Positions 17,643-27,485 are shown, numbered from the stretch's first letter. The stretch: DNA of 64,000 bases from an uncultured Solirubrobacterales bacterium (GCA_963717495.1 OY970339.1:2551798-2615797); one strand, 5' to 3'. The notes: generated from the sequence alone by a model not told the origin. Program-made: numbers and translations.

Positions 17643-18131
17643 ATGCCCGCCGACGCAAACCGCGCCACGATCGAGCGCCTCTACGAGGCGTTCGGCCAGT
17701 GCAACGGCGCCGCGATGACCGCCTGCTACGCCCCCGGTGCCCACTTCCGCGACCCCGCCTTCGGTGACCTCGAGGGCGACGACGTCGGCGCGATGTGGCG
17801 GATGCTGACCGGCCGCGCCACCGATCTGAAGATCGAGCTGCACGAGCACGAGGCGGGGGAGGAGACCGGCTCGGCCCACTGGATCGCCCGCTACACCTTC
17901 TCCACCGGCCGCCCCGTCGTCAACGACATCCAGGCCAGCTTCCGCTTCGCCGCCGACGGCAGGATCGCTGACCACATAGACGACTTCGACTTTCGCGCCT
18001 GGGCCAAGCAGGCTCTTGGCCCAGGCGGCCACCTGGTCGCCCTGCTGCCGCCCCTGCGCCGCAAAGCTCGCGCCAAAGCCCTCGAGCAGCTCGAGGCCTT
18101 CAAGCGCGACGAGACCGGCTCCAGCATCTGA
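17643..18131 (+). CDS. SnoaL-like / NTF2-fold protein
   Basis: 162 aa starting 'NRATIERLYEAFGQCNGAAMTACYAPGAHFRDPAFG', an NTF2-like signature. It starts 16 nt after ytoQ. Confidence 0.75.
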   Translation: MPADANRATIERLYEAFGQCNGAAMTACYAPGAHFRDPAFGDLEGDDVGAMWRMLTGRATDLKIELHEHEAGEETGSAHWIARYTFSTGRPVVNDIQASFRFAADGRIADHIDDFDFRAWAKQALGPGGHLVALLPPLRRKARAKALEQLEAFKRDETGSSI

Positions 18132-18211
18132 GCGCATCTGCAGATTGAGCGATTGATGCCCCTCCAGGGGTGTCGAGCGCTCAACCTTGCCGCCGTTCGG
18201 TATGCGAACGT

Positions 18212-19273
18212 ATGTTCGTGCGCTGGGACGAACAGCGAGTCGAGAACGACCTGCGGTTGCCGGGAGTCGGCGACGGCACGGTCACCCGCACCTTCGACGC
18301 CCCCGAGGCGATGGGGGTCAACTTCCACGAGGTCCGGGCCCGCTCGGCGCTGAATCACGTGCCCGGCGGTCGCTACGGGTTCAGCTACACGGTCAACCAG
18401 TACAGGGGATGCACTCATGCCTGTGTTTTCTGTTTTGCTCGAAAAACTCACACCTACCTAGATTTCAACGCCGGTCGCGACTTCGAGCGGGAGATCGTGG
18501 TCAAGGTCAACGTGCCGGAGCTGCTGCGGGCGGAGCTGGCGCGGCCGAGCTGGAAGCGGGAGCTGGTGGCGCTGGGGACCAACACCGACCCCTACCAGTG
18601 GGTCGAGAGCCGCTACCGGATGATGCCGGAGATCCTCGAGGCGCTGGAGGCGGCGGAAACCCCCGTCTCGGTCCTGACCAAGTCGCCGCTGGCGATGCGC
18701 GACGTAAAGATCTTCGAGCGGATGGCGAAGAAGCTGCCGGTCTCGGTCAACCTCTCGGTGCCGACCCTGGACGAGGACGCCTGGCGGGCGACCGAGCCGC
18801 ACACGCCGAGCCCAGCCGCCCGCCTCGACGCGGTCGCCGAGCTGCGCCGCCGCGGCATCGACTCCGGCGTTCTCATCGCGCCGCTGATGCCCGGCATCAA
18901 CGACTCCCCCGACCAGGTCCGCCCGATCGTCGAACGGGCGAAAAAGGCAGGCGCCACGTTCCTGGGAGGCGTGGCTCTGCATCTGCGAGGAGAGGTGAAG
19001 GATGTTTTTTTCGCTTGGCTAGAGGAAAAACGCCCCGACCTCCTCCCTCGCTACGAGGCCCTCTACAACGATCGCGCCTACCTGCAGCCCGCCCAGCGAA
19101 AGCAGGCCACGAGAGCCGTCCCCGGCTGGGGCCGCACCCGCCTCCGCAAATCCCTAGCCGACCGCTCCGAGCCTGTCTCAGCTCACGCAGCCCAATCCGG
19201 CGCCGGGCCTTCGCCACCATGGCCTGCTCCTGCCTCTGCTCTCGAAGACCCACCCCAGCGCGCCCTCTTCTAA
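18212..19273 (+). CDS. Radical SAM protein, SplB/Rv2578c-like (DNA-repair-photolyase-type)
   Basis: CxxxCxxC cluster 'YRGCTHACVFCFARKT'. 353 aa from the internal ATG 18212 (track ORF starts at 18170). Confidence 0.8.
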   Translation: MFVRWDEQRVENDLRLPGVGDGTVTRTFDAPEAMGVNFHEVRARSALNHVPGGRYGFSYTVNQYRGCTHACVFCFARKTHTYLDFNAGRDFEREIVVKVNVPELLRAELARPSWKRELVALGTNTDPYQWVESRYRMMPEILEALEAAETPVSVLTKSPLAMRDVKIFERMAKKLPVSVNLSVPTLDEDAWRATEPHTPSPAARLDAVAELRRRGIDSGVLIAPLMPGINDSPDQVRPIVERAKKAGATFLGGVALHLRGEVKDVFFAWLEEKRPDLLPRYEALYNDRAYLQPAQRKQATRAVPGWGRTRLRKSLADRSEPVSAHAAQSGAGPSPPWPAPASALEDPPQRALF

Positions 19274-19307
19274 GCCACTGGCCGGAGCCGCTTATCCGGG
19301 TGGGTGA

Positions 19308-19361
19308 CTCGGGGGGAGGTGCCGAGAACGAATACTTCGCCCGCAGGCGCCTCCCCCCGAG
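19308..19361. repeat. G-rich palindrome (16-bp arms, 1 mismatch, 22-nt loop); possible bidirectional terminator
   Basis: Arms ctcggggggaggtgcc (19308-19323) and ggcgcctccccccgag (19346-19361). It lies between the convergent radical-SAM and ligase genes. Confidence 0.5.
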
Positions 19362-19376
19362 GCAGGCCCCGCCCGG

Positions 19377-20327
19377 CTAAGTGCCTTCGTCGAGCTGCTC
19401 GAACTTGCACTCCGCCGGCTCTTTGTCATCCCGAAATCGATGGAACCGAGCTCCATGCCTGATCCGTCCCGACGCCGCATGGTCGTACCCGACCTCGATC
19501 ACCAGCTCCGGCCGCAGCTCCACCCACTCGAGGTCGCGCCCACCCGTCCACCGGCTCGGCTCCGCGCTGCCGCTCTCGCCCGTCTCCAGCGGCGCCAGCA
19601 TCGTCCGCATGCTCCGTTTCGCCGCCGCCGAGAAGCCGGAGATGTGGCCGACCGAGCGCAGCTCGCCGTCGTCGTAGAGGCCGAGGATCAGCGAGCCGAC
19701 GGTGCCCTCCTCTTTGCCCGGCCGCCAGCCCATCACCACGCAGTCGATCGTCCGCTCGCGCTTCACCTTCGCCATGCCTTTGCGCTTGCCGGGTATATAG
19801 GGCGCGTCGAGCCGCTTCGCCATCACGCCCTCGATGCTGGCCAGCCAGCGTTCGGCCTGGGCGGCATCGGGGGTCAGCGGCGTCAGCTCCAGCCCGGCCG
19901 CCGGGGCGATCGCCTCCAGCCGCGCCCGTCGCTCCGACAGCGGCGCCTCCAGCAGCGACTCGTCGCCCTCGGCCAGGAGGTCGAAGACGATGAGGCCGGC
20001 CGGGATCTCCTTGGCGAGCAGATCGATCCGCGACTGGGCGGGGTGGATGCGTTCCTGCAGCGAGTCGAATTCGAGGTTGCCGTCGGCGTCGCGGATGACC
20101 AGCTCGCCGTCCAGCACCCAGCGCCCCGGCGCGAAGCTCAGCTCCGGGAAGTAGCGAGCCAGCTCTTTGCCGCCGCGCGACTGGATGTACGCCTCGTCGC
20201 CGTCGACGAAGACGATCGCCCGGAACCCATCAAGCTTCGGCTCATAAGCCCACCCCTCGCCCTCCGGCAGCGCTTTACGGGTCAGCGCCAACTGCGGCTT
20301 GATCGGTGGCGACAAAGGTAAACCCAT
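19377..20327 (-). CDS. ATP-dependent DNA ligase (stand-alone LigC/LigD-ligase-domain type)
   Basis: 316 aa with the adenylation motif 'EPKLDGFRAIVF' (KxDG) and an OB-domain C-terminus. Confidence 0.9.
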   Translation of the reverse strand: MGLPLSPPIKPQLALTRKALPEGEGWAYEPKLDGFRAIVFVDGDEAYIQSRGGKELARYFPELSFAPGRWVLDGELVIRDADGNLEFDSLQERIHPAQSRIDLLAKEIPAGLIVFDLLAEGDESLLEAPLSERRARLEAIAPAAGLELTPLTPDAAQAERWLASIEGVMAKRLDAPYIPGKRKGMAKVKRERTIDCVVMGWRPGKEEGTVGSLILGLYDDGELRSVGHISGFSAAAKRSMRTMLAPLETGESGSAEPSRWTGGRDLEWVELRPELVIEVGYDHAASGRIRHGARFHRFRDDKEPAECKFEQLDEGT

Positions 20328-20357
20328 CTACCCGCGACCTTACGCAACCTGCGGATA

Positions 20358-20436
20358 GGGGAGGCGGGCACCCCTCCCCAGACACTCAACATCGAGCCAT
20401 AGCGAGATGTGTCTGGGGAGGGGTGCCCGCCTCCCC
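20358..20436. repeat. Perfect 28-bp-arm palindrome with 23-nt loop (strong hairpin/cruciform; possible opp-operon terminator)
   Basis: Arms ggggaggcgggcacccctccccagacac (20358-20385) and gtgtctggggaggggtgcccgcctcccc (20409-20436). I checked them base by base. Each arm is itself partly self-complementary (ggggagg...cctcccc). Confidence 0.7.
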
Positions 20437-20437
20437 T

Positions 20438-21274
20438 TCACCGCCGCATGCGACGCTCGCGACTGCGCCGCGGGTCCGGGACCGGCACCGCGGCGAGCAG
20501 CTGCTTGGTGTAATCGGCGCTCGGCCGCTCGCAGACCTGGTCGGCGCTGCCCTGCTCGACGATGCGGCCGTTGTGCATGACCGCGATCCGGTCGGCGATG
20601 TGGCGGACGACGCCGATGTCGTGGGCGACGAAGAGGTAGGTGAGGCCGAGCTCGTCCTGGAGGTCGTCGAGCAGGTTGACGATCTGCGCCTGGATCGAGA
20701 CGTCGAGGGCGGAGACGGGCTCGTCGGCGACGACCAGCTTCGGCTTCAGCGCGATCGCCCGGGCGATCCCGATCCGCTGCCGCTGCCCGCCGGAGAACTC
20801 GTGCGGGTAGCGGTCGTAGTGCTCGGGGGAGAGGCCGACCCGCTCTAGCAGCTCCTGGACCTGGGTACGCAGCTGCGCGCCGGAGGCCGCGCCCTGCAGC
20901 TTCAAGGGGTTGCCGACGATCTGGCCGACCCGCTTGCGCGGGTTCAGCGAGGCCTGGGGATCCTGGAAGACCATCTGCATCTGGCGCCGCAGCGGCCGCA
21001 TACGGCGGCGCGAGAGCCCGGCGATCTCCTCGCCCTCGAAGCGGACCGAGCCCGAGGTCGGCTCGAGCAGCTGCAGCACCGCCCGGCAGGCGGTCGACTT
21101 GCCGCTGCCGGACTCGCCGACCAGGCCCAGCGTCTGCCCGCGCGGGATGCCGAAGCTGATGCCGTCGACCGCGCGCACCTGGTCGACCTCGCGCTCGACC
21201 AGGATCCCTCGCTTGAGCGGGAAGTGCTTGACGAGGTCGGTGACCTCGAGCAGGGGCTCGCCGGCGTCGCTCAT
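20438..21274 (-). CDS. Peptide ABC transporter ATP-binding protein (OppF/DppF-like)
   Basis: Starts at the internal Met '[18 protein letters not shown]' (ATGA overlap with the upstream stop). Walker A 'GESGSGKST', signature 'FSGGQRQR', Walker B 'LVVADEPVSALD'. Confidence 0.9.
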   Translation of the reverse strand: MSDAGEPLLEVTDLVKHFPLKRGILVEREVDQVRAVDGISFGIPRGQTLGLVGESGSGKSTACRAVLQLLEPTSGSVRFEGEEIAGLSRRRMRPLRRQMQMVFQDPQASLNPRKRVGQIVGNPLKLQGAASGAQLRTQVQELLERVGLSPEHYDRYPHEFSGGQRQRIGIARAIALKPKLVVADEPVSALDVSIQAQIVNLLDDLQDELGLTYLFVAHDIGVVRHIADRIAVMHNGRIVEQGSADQVCERPSADYTKQLLAAVPVPDPRRSRERRMRR

Positions 21275-22308
21275 GGCGCCGGTGCCTCCAGCCCGATCCG
21301 CCCTTCGACCTGGCGCATCTCGCGCTTCTGATCCGGGCCCAGCCAGCAACGATCGCAGTGCCCGGGAGCGTCCGCCAGGCGCGCCTCGAGCGGCGGCACC
21401 TGCACGCATTTGGCGAACTCGTGCGGGCAGCGCGGCCGGAAGGCGCAGCCCTGGGGCAGGTCGAGCAGCGAGGGAGGGGCACCGCCGATCAGCGGCAGCC
21501 GCCGCGGCCGCGGCTGGTCGAGCCGCGGTAGGGAGCCGAGCAGACCCCAGGTGTAGGGGTGCTGGGGGTCGTAGAAGATCTCGTCGAGGACCCCTTCCTC
21601 GACCACCCGGCCCGCGTACATGACCAGCACCCGGTCGGCCACTTCGGCGACGACGCCGAGGTCGTGGGTGATCAGGATCGTCGCCAGGCCGCGCTCGCGA
21701 TTGAGGTCCTGCAGCAGGCGCAGGATCTGCGCCTGGATCGTGACGTCGAGGGCCGTGGTCGGCTCGTCGGCGATCAGCACCTCCGGATCCAGGGCCAGGG
21801 CCATCGCGATCATCGCTCGCTGCCGCATGCCGCCGGAGAACTCGTGCGGGTAGTCGTCGACGCGCCGCTCGGCCTCGGGGATCCCGACCGAGTCGAGCAG
21901 CTCCACCGCGCGGGCGCGGGCCGCGGACTTGGAGACGTCGCGGTGGGCCCGGATCGCCTCGGCGATCTGGGCGCCGACCCGGTAGACCGGGTTGAACGAG
22001 GTCATCGGGTCCTGGAAGACCATCGCCACCCGGTCGCCGCGCACCTTCGTCAGCGCCGCCTCGTCGGCGTCGATCAGCTCGTCCCCCCGCAGCGTCACCG
22101 AGCCCTCGATGTGGGCGTTGCGCGACCGGGTCAGGCCGACGATCGTCTGCGCGGCGGCGCTCTTGCCGGCACCGGACTCGCCGACGATCGCCAGCACCTC
22201 GCCCGGCGCGAGCTCGAAGCTGACGCCGTCGACCGCCTGCAGCAGGCCGGCTTCGGTGGCGAACCCGACCCGCAGGTCCCGAACCGCGAGCAGCGGGGCC
22301 GCGCTCAC
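21271..22308 (-). CDS. Peptide ABC transporter ATP-binding protein (OppD/DppD-like)
   Basis: 'GESGAGKS', 'FSGGMRQR', '[11 protein letters not shown]' and a C-terminal oligopeptide-type extension with Cys residues. Confidence 0.9.
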   Translation of the reverse strand: MSAAPLLAVRDLRVGFATEAGLLQAVDGVSFELAPGEVLAIVGESGAGKSAAAQTIVGLTRSRNAHIEGSVTLRGDELIDADEAALTKVRGDRVAMVFQDPMTSFNPVYRVGAQIAEAIRAHRDVSKSAARARAVELLDSVGIPEAERRVDDYPHEFSGGMRQRAMIAMALALDPEVLIADEPTTALDVTIQAQILRLLQDLNRERGLATILITHDLGVVAEVADRVLVMYAGRVVEEGVLDEIFYDPQHPYTWGLLGSLPRLDQPRPRRLPLIGGAPPSLLDLPQGCAFRPRCPHEFAKCVQVPPLEARLADAPGHCDRCWLGPDQKREMRQVEGRIGLEAPAP

Positions 22309-23264
22309 CGCGCCACCGTCCCCAGCCGCACCCGCGGGTCCAGGTACGCGTAGGCGATGTCGACCAGGGCGTTGAAGAGGACGACGAAGAAGGCGGCGTA
22401 CAGGGTCACGCCCATGACCGGGGGGAGTTCCGAGCTGGCGACCGCGTTGGCCAGGTAGGCGCCGACCCCGTTGATGTTGAAGAGTTTTTCGGTGATGATC
22501 GCGGTGCCGCCGAGCAGCGCCCCGACGTCAAGCCCGAAGAGCGTCACGATCGGGATCAGCGAGTTACGCAGGACGTGCCGCGTCATCACCTGGCGCTCAC
22601 TCAACCCCTTTGCCCGCGCCATACGGACGTGGTCGTCGTCCATCGCGTCGAGCATGTTCGCGCGCAGGACGCGGCTGTAGAAGCCGATCGAGAGGACCGC
22701 GACCGTGATCCAGGGCAGGATCAGGTGGTACGCCCAGTCCGCCGGGTCTTCGCTCAGCGGCACGTAGCCACCGCTGGGAAAGAGTTCGAGCTTGTAGCTG
22801 AGGAGGTAGAGCAGGACCGGGGCGAGCAGGAAGACGGGGATCGAGATGCCGGCGATCGCGACCCCGGTCAGCAGCCGGTCGAGCAGGCCCCCCGCCCGCA
22901 CCGCCGCCAGGTAGCCGAAGAGGATGCCGAAGCAGAGCCAGAGCACGGCCGCGCCGATGCACAGCGAAGCGGTCGCCGGGATCCCGTCGAGGATCTGTTC
23001 GTCGACCGGGATCCGCGGTTCGTAGGAGGTCAGCTCGCCGCTGAAGGTCTTCTCCATCATCGTCAGGTACTGCTGCGGCAGCGAATCGTCGAAGCCCCAT
23101 TCTTCTTCGATGCTCTTGACCAGCCGCGGGTTGGCGTTCTTCCCCGCCAGCCGCTCCGCCGGCGGCGAGTTCGGAATCACGTTGAAGATGGCGAAGACGA
23201 TCAGCGAGACCGCGAAGAGGACGCCGGCCATCCCGACCAGCCGCTTGAGGGCGAAGCGGGCCAT
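22305..23264 (-). CDS. Peptide ABC transporter permease (DppB/OppB-like)
   Basis: 319 aa with the N-terminus 'MARFALKRLVGMAGVLFAVSLIVF'. BPD-transporter fold. Confidence 0.9.
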   Translation of the reverse strand: MARFALKRLVGMAGVLFAVSLIVFAIFNVIPNSPPAERLAGKNANPRLVKSIEEEWGFDDSLPQQYLTMMEKTFSGELTSYEPRIPVDEQILDGIPATASLCIGAAVLWLCFGILFGYLAAVRAGGLLDRLLTGVAIAGISIPVFLLAPVLLYLLSYKLELFPSGGYVPLSEDPADWAYHLILPWITVAVLSIGFYSRVLRANMLDAMDDDHVRMARAKGLSERQVMTRHVLRNSLIPIVTLFGLDVGALLGGTAIITEKLFNINGVGAYLANAVASSELPPVMGVTLYAAFFVVLFNALVDIAYAYLDPRVRLGTVAR

Positions 23265-24247
23265 CAGACCGCGGTGCCCTCCGGCTCGACCATGCCGGTG
23301 TGTGCCTCCAGCCGCACCTTCGCCCGCGGGTCGAGGGCGTCGCGGAGGCCGTCGCCGACGATGTTCAGCGAGAGCGCGGTCAAGAGGATCATCAGCCCGG
23401 GGGCGATCGCCAGGGCGGGGGAGGTGTTGAGCAGTTCGACCCCGGTCGAGATCATCGTCCCCCAGGAGGAGTTGGGCGACTGCACCCCGGCGCCGAGGAA
23501 CGAGAGCCCCGCCTCGAAGAGCATGTTGTTGGCGACGCTGAGGGTGAAGAAGACGATGATCGTCGAGCCGAGGTTGGGCAGCAGCTCGGCGAGCATCACC
23601 CGCAGCGGCCCGGCGCCCTGGGCCACCGCCGCCTCGACGAACTCCTTCTCGCCCAGCGAGAGGACCTGGCCGCGAAGCGGACGCGCCATGTAAGGGACGG
23701 AGACGACGCCGATGACCAGGATCGGGATCCAGAGCGAGCCGCCGGAGATTTCGACCGGCCCGAGCTTGAGCCCGCCGATCGCCAGCGAGATGCCCAGCGC
23801 CAGGCCCAGCAGGAACACGGGGATCGACCAGAGCACGTCCAGCACCCGCGAGACGAGCCCGTCGACCCAGCCCCGGTAGTAGCCGGCGAGCAGCCCCAGG
23901 GCGATCGCCAGGAAGGTGGTGATCAGCGCCGCCGAGACGCCGATCAGGAGCGAGGTGCGGCCGCCGTACATCAGCCGCACCATCTCGTCGCGGCCGAGCC
24001 TGCTGTCGGCGCCGAGGAAGAATTCGCCGCCGGCGTCGAACCAGACGGGCCCGATCGGCTGGCCTTCGACGTTGACCACGTCGCGCTTCTCGCCGTCGAT
24101 CGTCAGCTTTTGCAGCGTGTGGGTCTGGTTCGGTCCGCTGTGGGCTACGTGGTCAGCCCACAGCGGCGCCGCCAGTACGAAGAGCACGATCAGGACGAAG
24201 AGGCCGAGAAAGGCCATCGTCACCCGGTTGCGGAAGAAGCGCTGCAC
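23264..24247 (-). CDS. Peptide ABC transporter permease (DppC/OppC-like)
   Basis: 327 aa with an OppC-type N-terminal segment and the EAA-like region 'EFVEAAVAQGAGPLRVM'. Confidence 0.9.
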   Translation of the reverse strand: MQRFFRNRVTMAFLGLFVLIVLFVLAAPLWADHVAHSGPNQTHTLQKLTIDGEKRDVVNVEGQPIGPVWFDAGGEFFLGADSRLGRDEMVRLMYGGRTSLLIGVSAALITTFLAIALGLLAGYYRGWVDGLVSRVLDVLWSIPVFLLGLALGISLAIGGLKLGPVEISGGSLWIPILVIGVVSVPYMARPLRGQVLSLGEKEFVEAAVAQGAGPLRVMLAELLPNLGSTIIVFFTLSVANNMLFEAGLSFLGAGVQSPNSSWGTMISTGVELLNTSPALAIAPGLMILLTALSLNIVGDGLRDALDPRAKVRLEAHTGMVEPEGTAV

Positions 24248-24290
24248 CCCGCCTATCTTGCAAGCCGCACCGGGCGTCTCCGCCGCGGCG

Positions 24291-25919
24291 CTACTTGAGC
24301 TCGAAGCTGGTCAGGTCCTGGCCGTAGGTCGGGTTGAAGATCACCTTGTCGAGGTCGATCGCGCTGGAGACGAAGGTCGACGTGGTCCGCGTCCCGTAAG
24401 GAGCCCACGGGGCCAGTTCCATGTAGGCCTTGTCGAGGGCGGCGTATTCGGCTTCCTGCTCGGGCCCGAGCTCTTCCGCGCCGAGTTCGGCGATTTTCGC
24501 GTTCAGCTTCGGCACGTCGATTTCGGCCAGGTTCGTGTTGTTGTTCGGCTGGATGCTTTCGCCGTCCAGCAGCGGCTGGAAGAAGTCGTTCGGGTGGGGG
24601 TAGTCCTCGAACCAGTCGACCCAGCCGGTGTCGAGATCCGGCGTCGACTGGTTGCCGAGCACGGTGAAGTAGTTGGCGGCGTTGATCACTTTCAGCTTCG
24701 TGTCGAAGCCGAGTTTCTGCAGGACGTCGTCGTAGTATTCGCCCGCTTCCCTGTTTTCCGGTTCGCTGTTGGTCCAGACCGTGATGTCGCGGTCGCCGGG
24801 ATTTGCCTTGGCGATCATTTCCTTCGCTTTCGCCATGTCGTGCGGGTAGAGGTCGAGCTTGACGTGGCCCGGCATCCCCGGTGGCAGGATCTGCTGGTTG
24901 GCGGCGAGCTGGCCGGTGTAGATCCGTTCCAGCGCGTCCGTGTCGATCGCGTAGTTGACCGCCTTGCGGACTTCGAGGTCGTCGAACGGGGTGTGCGTCG
25001 TGTTCATCCAGAAGTAGTAGTTGCTGATCGTTTTCTCGACGCGGAACTGGCTGCCCTCGTATTTGGCCTTGACTTCTGGGTAGCGGTCCGGTGGGGGCGG
25101 TGGCTGCATCCAGTCGATCCTGCCCTGTTCGACGTCGTTGACCGCGGTCGAGTCGTTGCTGACGACGTTGATCTTGATCTTGTCGAAGTGGCCGGGTTCG
25201 AGGTCCGGCATCGCCTTGCCGTTGACCTTGGCCCACTGCGGGTTGCGGGCGTATTCCCAGCCGCGGCCCGGCTGGGACTTGGTGATCATGTAAGGGCCGG
25301 TGCCGGGCGGGGGGTTGGCCGAGAGGTCTTCGTCCGGAGTGCCGGCAGGCAGCGGCGCCACGAACAGCATCCCCAGCTCGTTGCTGAAGGTGCCCCGCGG
25401 CTGCAGCAGGTGGATGACGATCTCGCCGGTCTTGTCGTCGGCTTCGATCCCGGAGATGCTGTCGCTCTTCTTTTCGGCGAACTCCGTCGCCCCGACGATG
25501 GCTTCGTAGAAGGGCGAGCCGGGGGAGCTGACCTTGAAGGTGCGCTCGAGCGTGCGGGGAAAGTCGGAGGCCTTGACCGGCTGACCGTTGGAGTATTTGA
25601 GCCCCGGGCGCAGCTGCAGCGTGTAGGTCTTGCCGCCGTCGCTGATCTTCGGCAGGCTCTTGGCTAGGCCGGGTACGACCTTGCCGCCCTCGCTGCCGTT
25701 GGCGTGGGCGTAGGTCAGCAGCGGGATGTAGGTGTTGTACATCGCCGTCCAGCCTTCCTGCGTGTAGGAGAGAGCCGGGTCGAGGAAGTCGGGGAAGGCG
25801 GAGTAGGTCCCCGTCAGGGTGCCCCCGTCGCTGGAGTTGCCGCCACCGCAGGCAGCGAGCCCAAACACCGCTACCGCTGTAGATCCGAGCACTGCCGCGA
25901 AAATGCGAACCTTCTTCAA
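24291..25919 (-). CDS. ABC transporter substrate-binding protein, family 5 (peptide/nickel)
   Basis: 542 aa with the lipoprotein-like N-terminus 'AVFGLAACGGGNSS'. TTG start overlapping the upstream MFS stop (TTGA). Confidence 0.9.
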   Translation of the reverse strand: MKKVRIFAAVLGSTAVAVFGLAACGGGNSSDGGTLTGTYSAFPDFLDPALSYTQEGWTAMYNTYIPLLTYAHANGSEGGKVVPGLAKSLPKISDGGKTYTLQLRPGLKYSNGQPVKASDFPRTLERTFKVSSPGSPFYEAIVGATEFAEKKSDSISGIEADDKTGEIVIHLLQPRGTFSNELGMLFVAPLPAGTPDEDLSANPPPGTGPYMITKSQPGRGWEYARNPQWAKVNGKAMPDLEPGHFDKIKINVVSNDSTAVNDVEQGRIDWMQPPPPPDRYPEVKAKYEGSQFRVEKTISNYYFWMNTTHTPFDDLEVRKAVNYAIDTDALERIYTGQLAANQQILPPGMPGHVKLDLYPHDMAKAKEMIAKANPGDRDITVWTNSEPENREAGEYYDDVLQKLGFDTKLKVINAANYFTVLGNQSTPDLDTGWVDWFEDYPHPNDFFQPLLDGESIQPNNNTNLAEIDVPKLNAKIAELGAEELGPEQEAEYAALDKAYMELAPWAPYGTRTTSTFVSSAIDLDKVIFNPTYGQDLTSFELK

Positions 25920-27223
25920 GGCTTTACCTCCGAGTAGGACTGGTTGGCGCCCCTCCCGGGGATCAACTCCAACACAACGTCGTTATAGCGGTCAGGTTCG
26001 TCGGAATCGTCTGTTTCCCTCCGATCTGGCCATCTGTTGCCCAGAAGCGGGGCCATCAAGGCGACGATCACGAGGATCCCGATGCCGGCGAAGAGAAAGG
26101 TCGCGCGGGGGGCGAGGAGCGTGGCGATCAGCCCGCCGGCGACGAAGCCGATCCCGGGCATCGCGGTCGCGATCGACTCCAGCACGCTCATCACGCGGAC
26201 CTGCATCTCCGCCGCCGTCAGCTCCTGCACGGCGCTGACGACTGAGACCCACTGGACTCCGTTGCCGGCGCCGCCGAGCACCGCGGCAACACAGGCGACG
26301 GCGAGCGTCGGCGCCGCGGCGAGCCCGAGGTAGCCGGCCCCGATCACGATCGTGCTGAAGAAGAGCAGTCGCGGCAGGGGAGCGCGACGCGCCACCGCGA
26401 AGATGAGGCTGCCGAGGACCATCCCGGTGCCCCAACTGGCGAGCAGCAGGCCGTAGCCGGAGTCGCTGCCGCCGAGGGTCTCACGCACGTAGACGACCTC
26501 GACTGGGATCACCGCCGAGAAGAAGATGAAGGCCGCGCCCTGGGCAATCAGCAGCAGGCGCAGGGTCGTCCTTTCGCGCACGTAGAGGATGCCGGCGCGG
26601 ATGCGCTCGCGCATGCGCCCCGGTTCGGGTTCGGCTCGTGGCAGTGGCCCGGCGGTGATCAGGACCCAGCCGACGGCGTAGAAGGAGATTGCGTCGAGCA
26701 GCAGGGCCGACTGGACGCCGAAGCCGGCGACCACCAGACCGGCGACCGCGGGGCCCACGGCGGCGCCGCCGGTGAAGGCGACGTTGAGGATCGCGTTGCC
26801 GGCCCGCAGTTCGCCGGTCGGCTCCAGCAGCGAGGCCGCGACCCCGCGGGTCAAGGCCCGGGCGGCCAGCGCCAGGGTGCCGTCGACCACCGCGAGCGCG
26901 ATCACGCCCGGCAGCGAGAAGTCGCCGGCGAGCAGAACCAGGCCCGCGAACGCCGCCGCCTCGCCGCAGTAGATGACGGGCAGCGAGAAGCGGGGCGGCG
27001 GCTTCTCGACGCTGGCCACGAACAGGGGGGCCAGGGCCGCCGGCGCGAAGCCGGTCCCGATGAACAGCGCCGTCGTCGCCAGCGCGCTCCCGGTCTGGTC
27101 GTAGACGAGCACCGAGAGGGCGACGACCCCCATCCAGTCGCCGAGCTCGTTGATCGCGTAGCTGGCGGCCAGGCGCCGAAAGACGGGCCTTCTCAGGGGT
27201 GCTCTGAGGCTGGAGCTACGCAT
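25916..27223 (-). CDS. MFS transporter (EntS/MFS_3-like exporter)
   Basis: 435 aa, about 12 TM, N-terminal 'FRRLAASYAINELGDWMGVVALSVLVY'. Confidence 0.85.
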   Translation of the reverse strand: MRSSSLRAPLRRPVFRRLAASYAINELGDWMGVVALSVLVYDQTGSALATTALFIGTGFAPAALAPLFVASVEKPPPRFSLPVIYCGEAAAFAGLVLLAGDFSLPGVIALAVVDGTLALAARALTRGVAASLLEPTGELRAGNAILNVAFTGGAAVGPAVAGLVVAGFGVQSALLLDAISFYAVGWVLITAGPLPRAEPEPGRMRERIRAGILYVRERTTLRLLLIAQGAAFIFFSAVIPVEVVYVRETLGGSDSGYGLLLASWGTGMVLGSLIFAVARRAPLPRLLFFSTIVIGAGYLGLAAAPTLAVACVAAVLGGAGNGVQWVSVVSAVQELTAAEMQVRVMSVLESIATAMPGIGFVAGGLIATLLAPRATFLFAGIGILVIVALMAPLLGNRWPDRRETDDSDEPDRYNDVVLELIPGRGANQSYSEVKP

Positions 27224-27453
27224 CTCTCGCCCCCCTCTCTACTTGATTTCCGCACAAGTTTTCCTGCAGATGCACAAGTTTTGACAAGGTTGTGCTACAA
27301 AGTCTCCAGGCAGAAGGACTGTTTGCACAGGAAAGCGCTAGTTGCGCACCAGTTGATGCGGGCTTCAATGACGATGAAAGGGGAATGAACATGGGCTACA
27401 AATTCCACTAGACAGAACAGGCGAAGCTGAGCTTCGCCGACAAAAGCTTCTTT

Positions 27454-27485
27454 GAAGGGCGCCCTGGGGGCGCCCTTCTTGTTTT
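27454..27485 (+). terminator. Rho-independent terminator
   Basis: Perfect 10-bp GC stem gaagggcgcc/ggcgcccttc with loop ctgg, followed by ttgtttt. It lies about 245 nt upstream of the HD-GYP gene, just after a micro-ORF. Confidence 0.65.
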
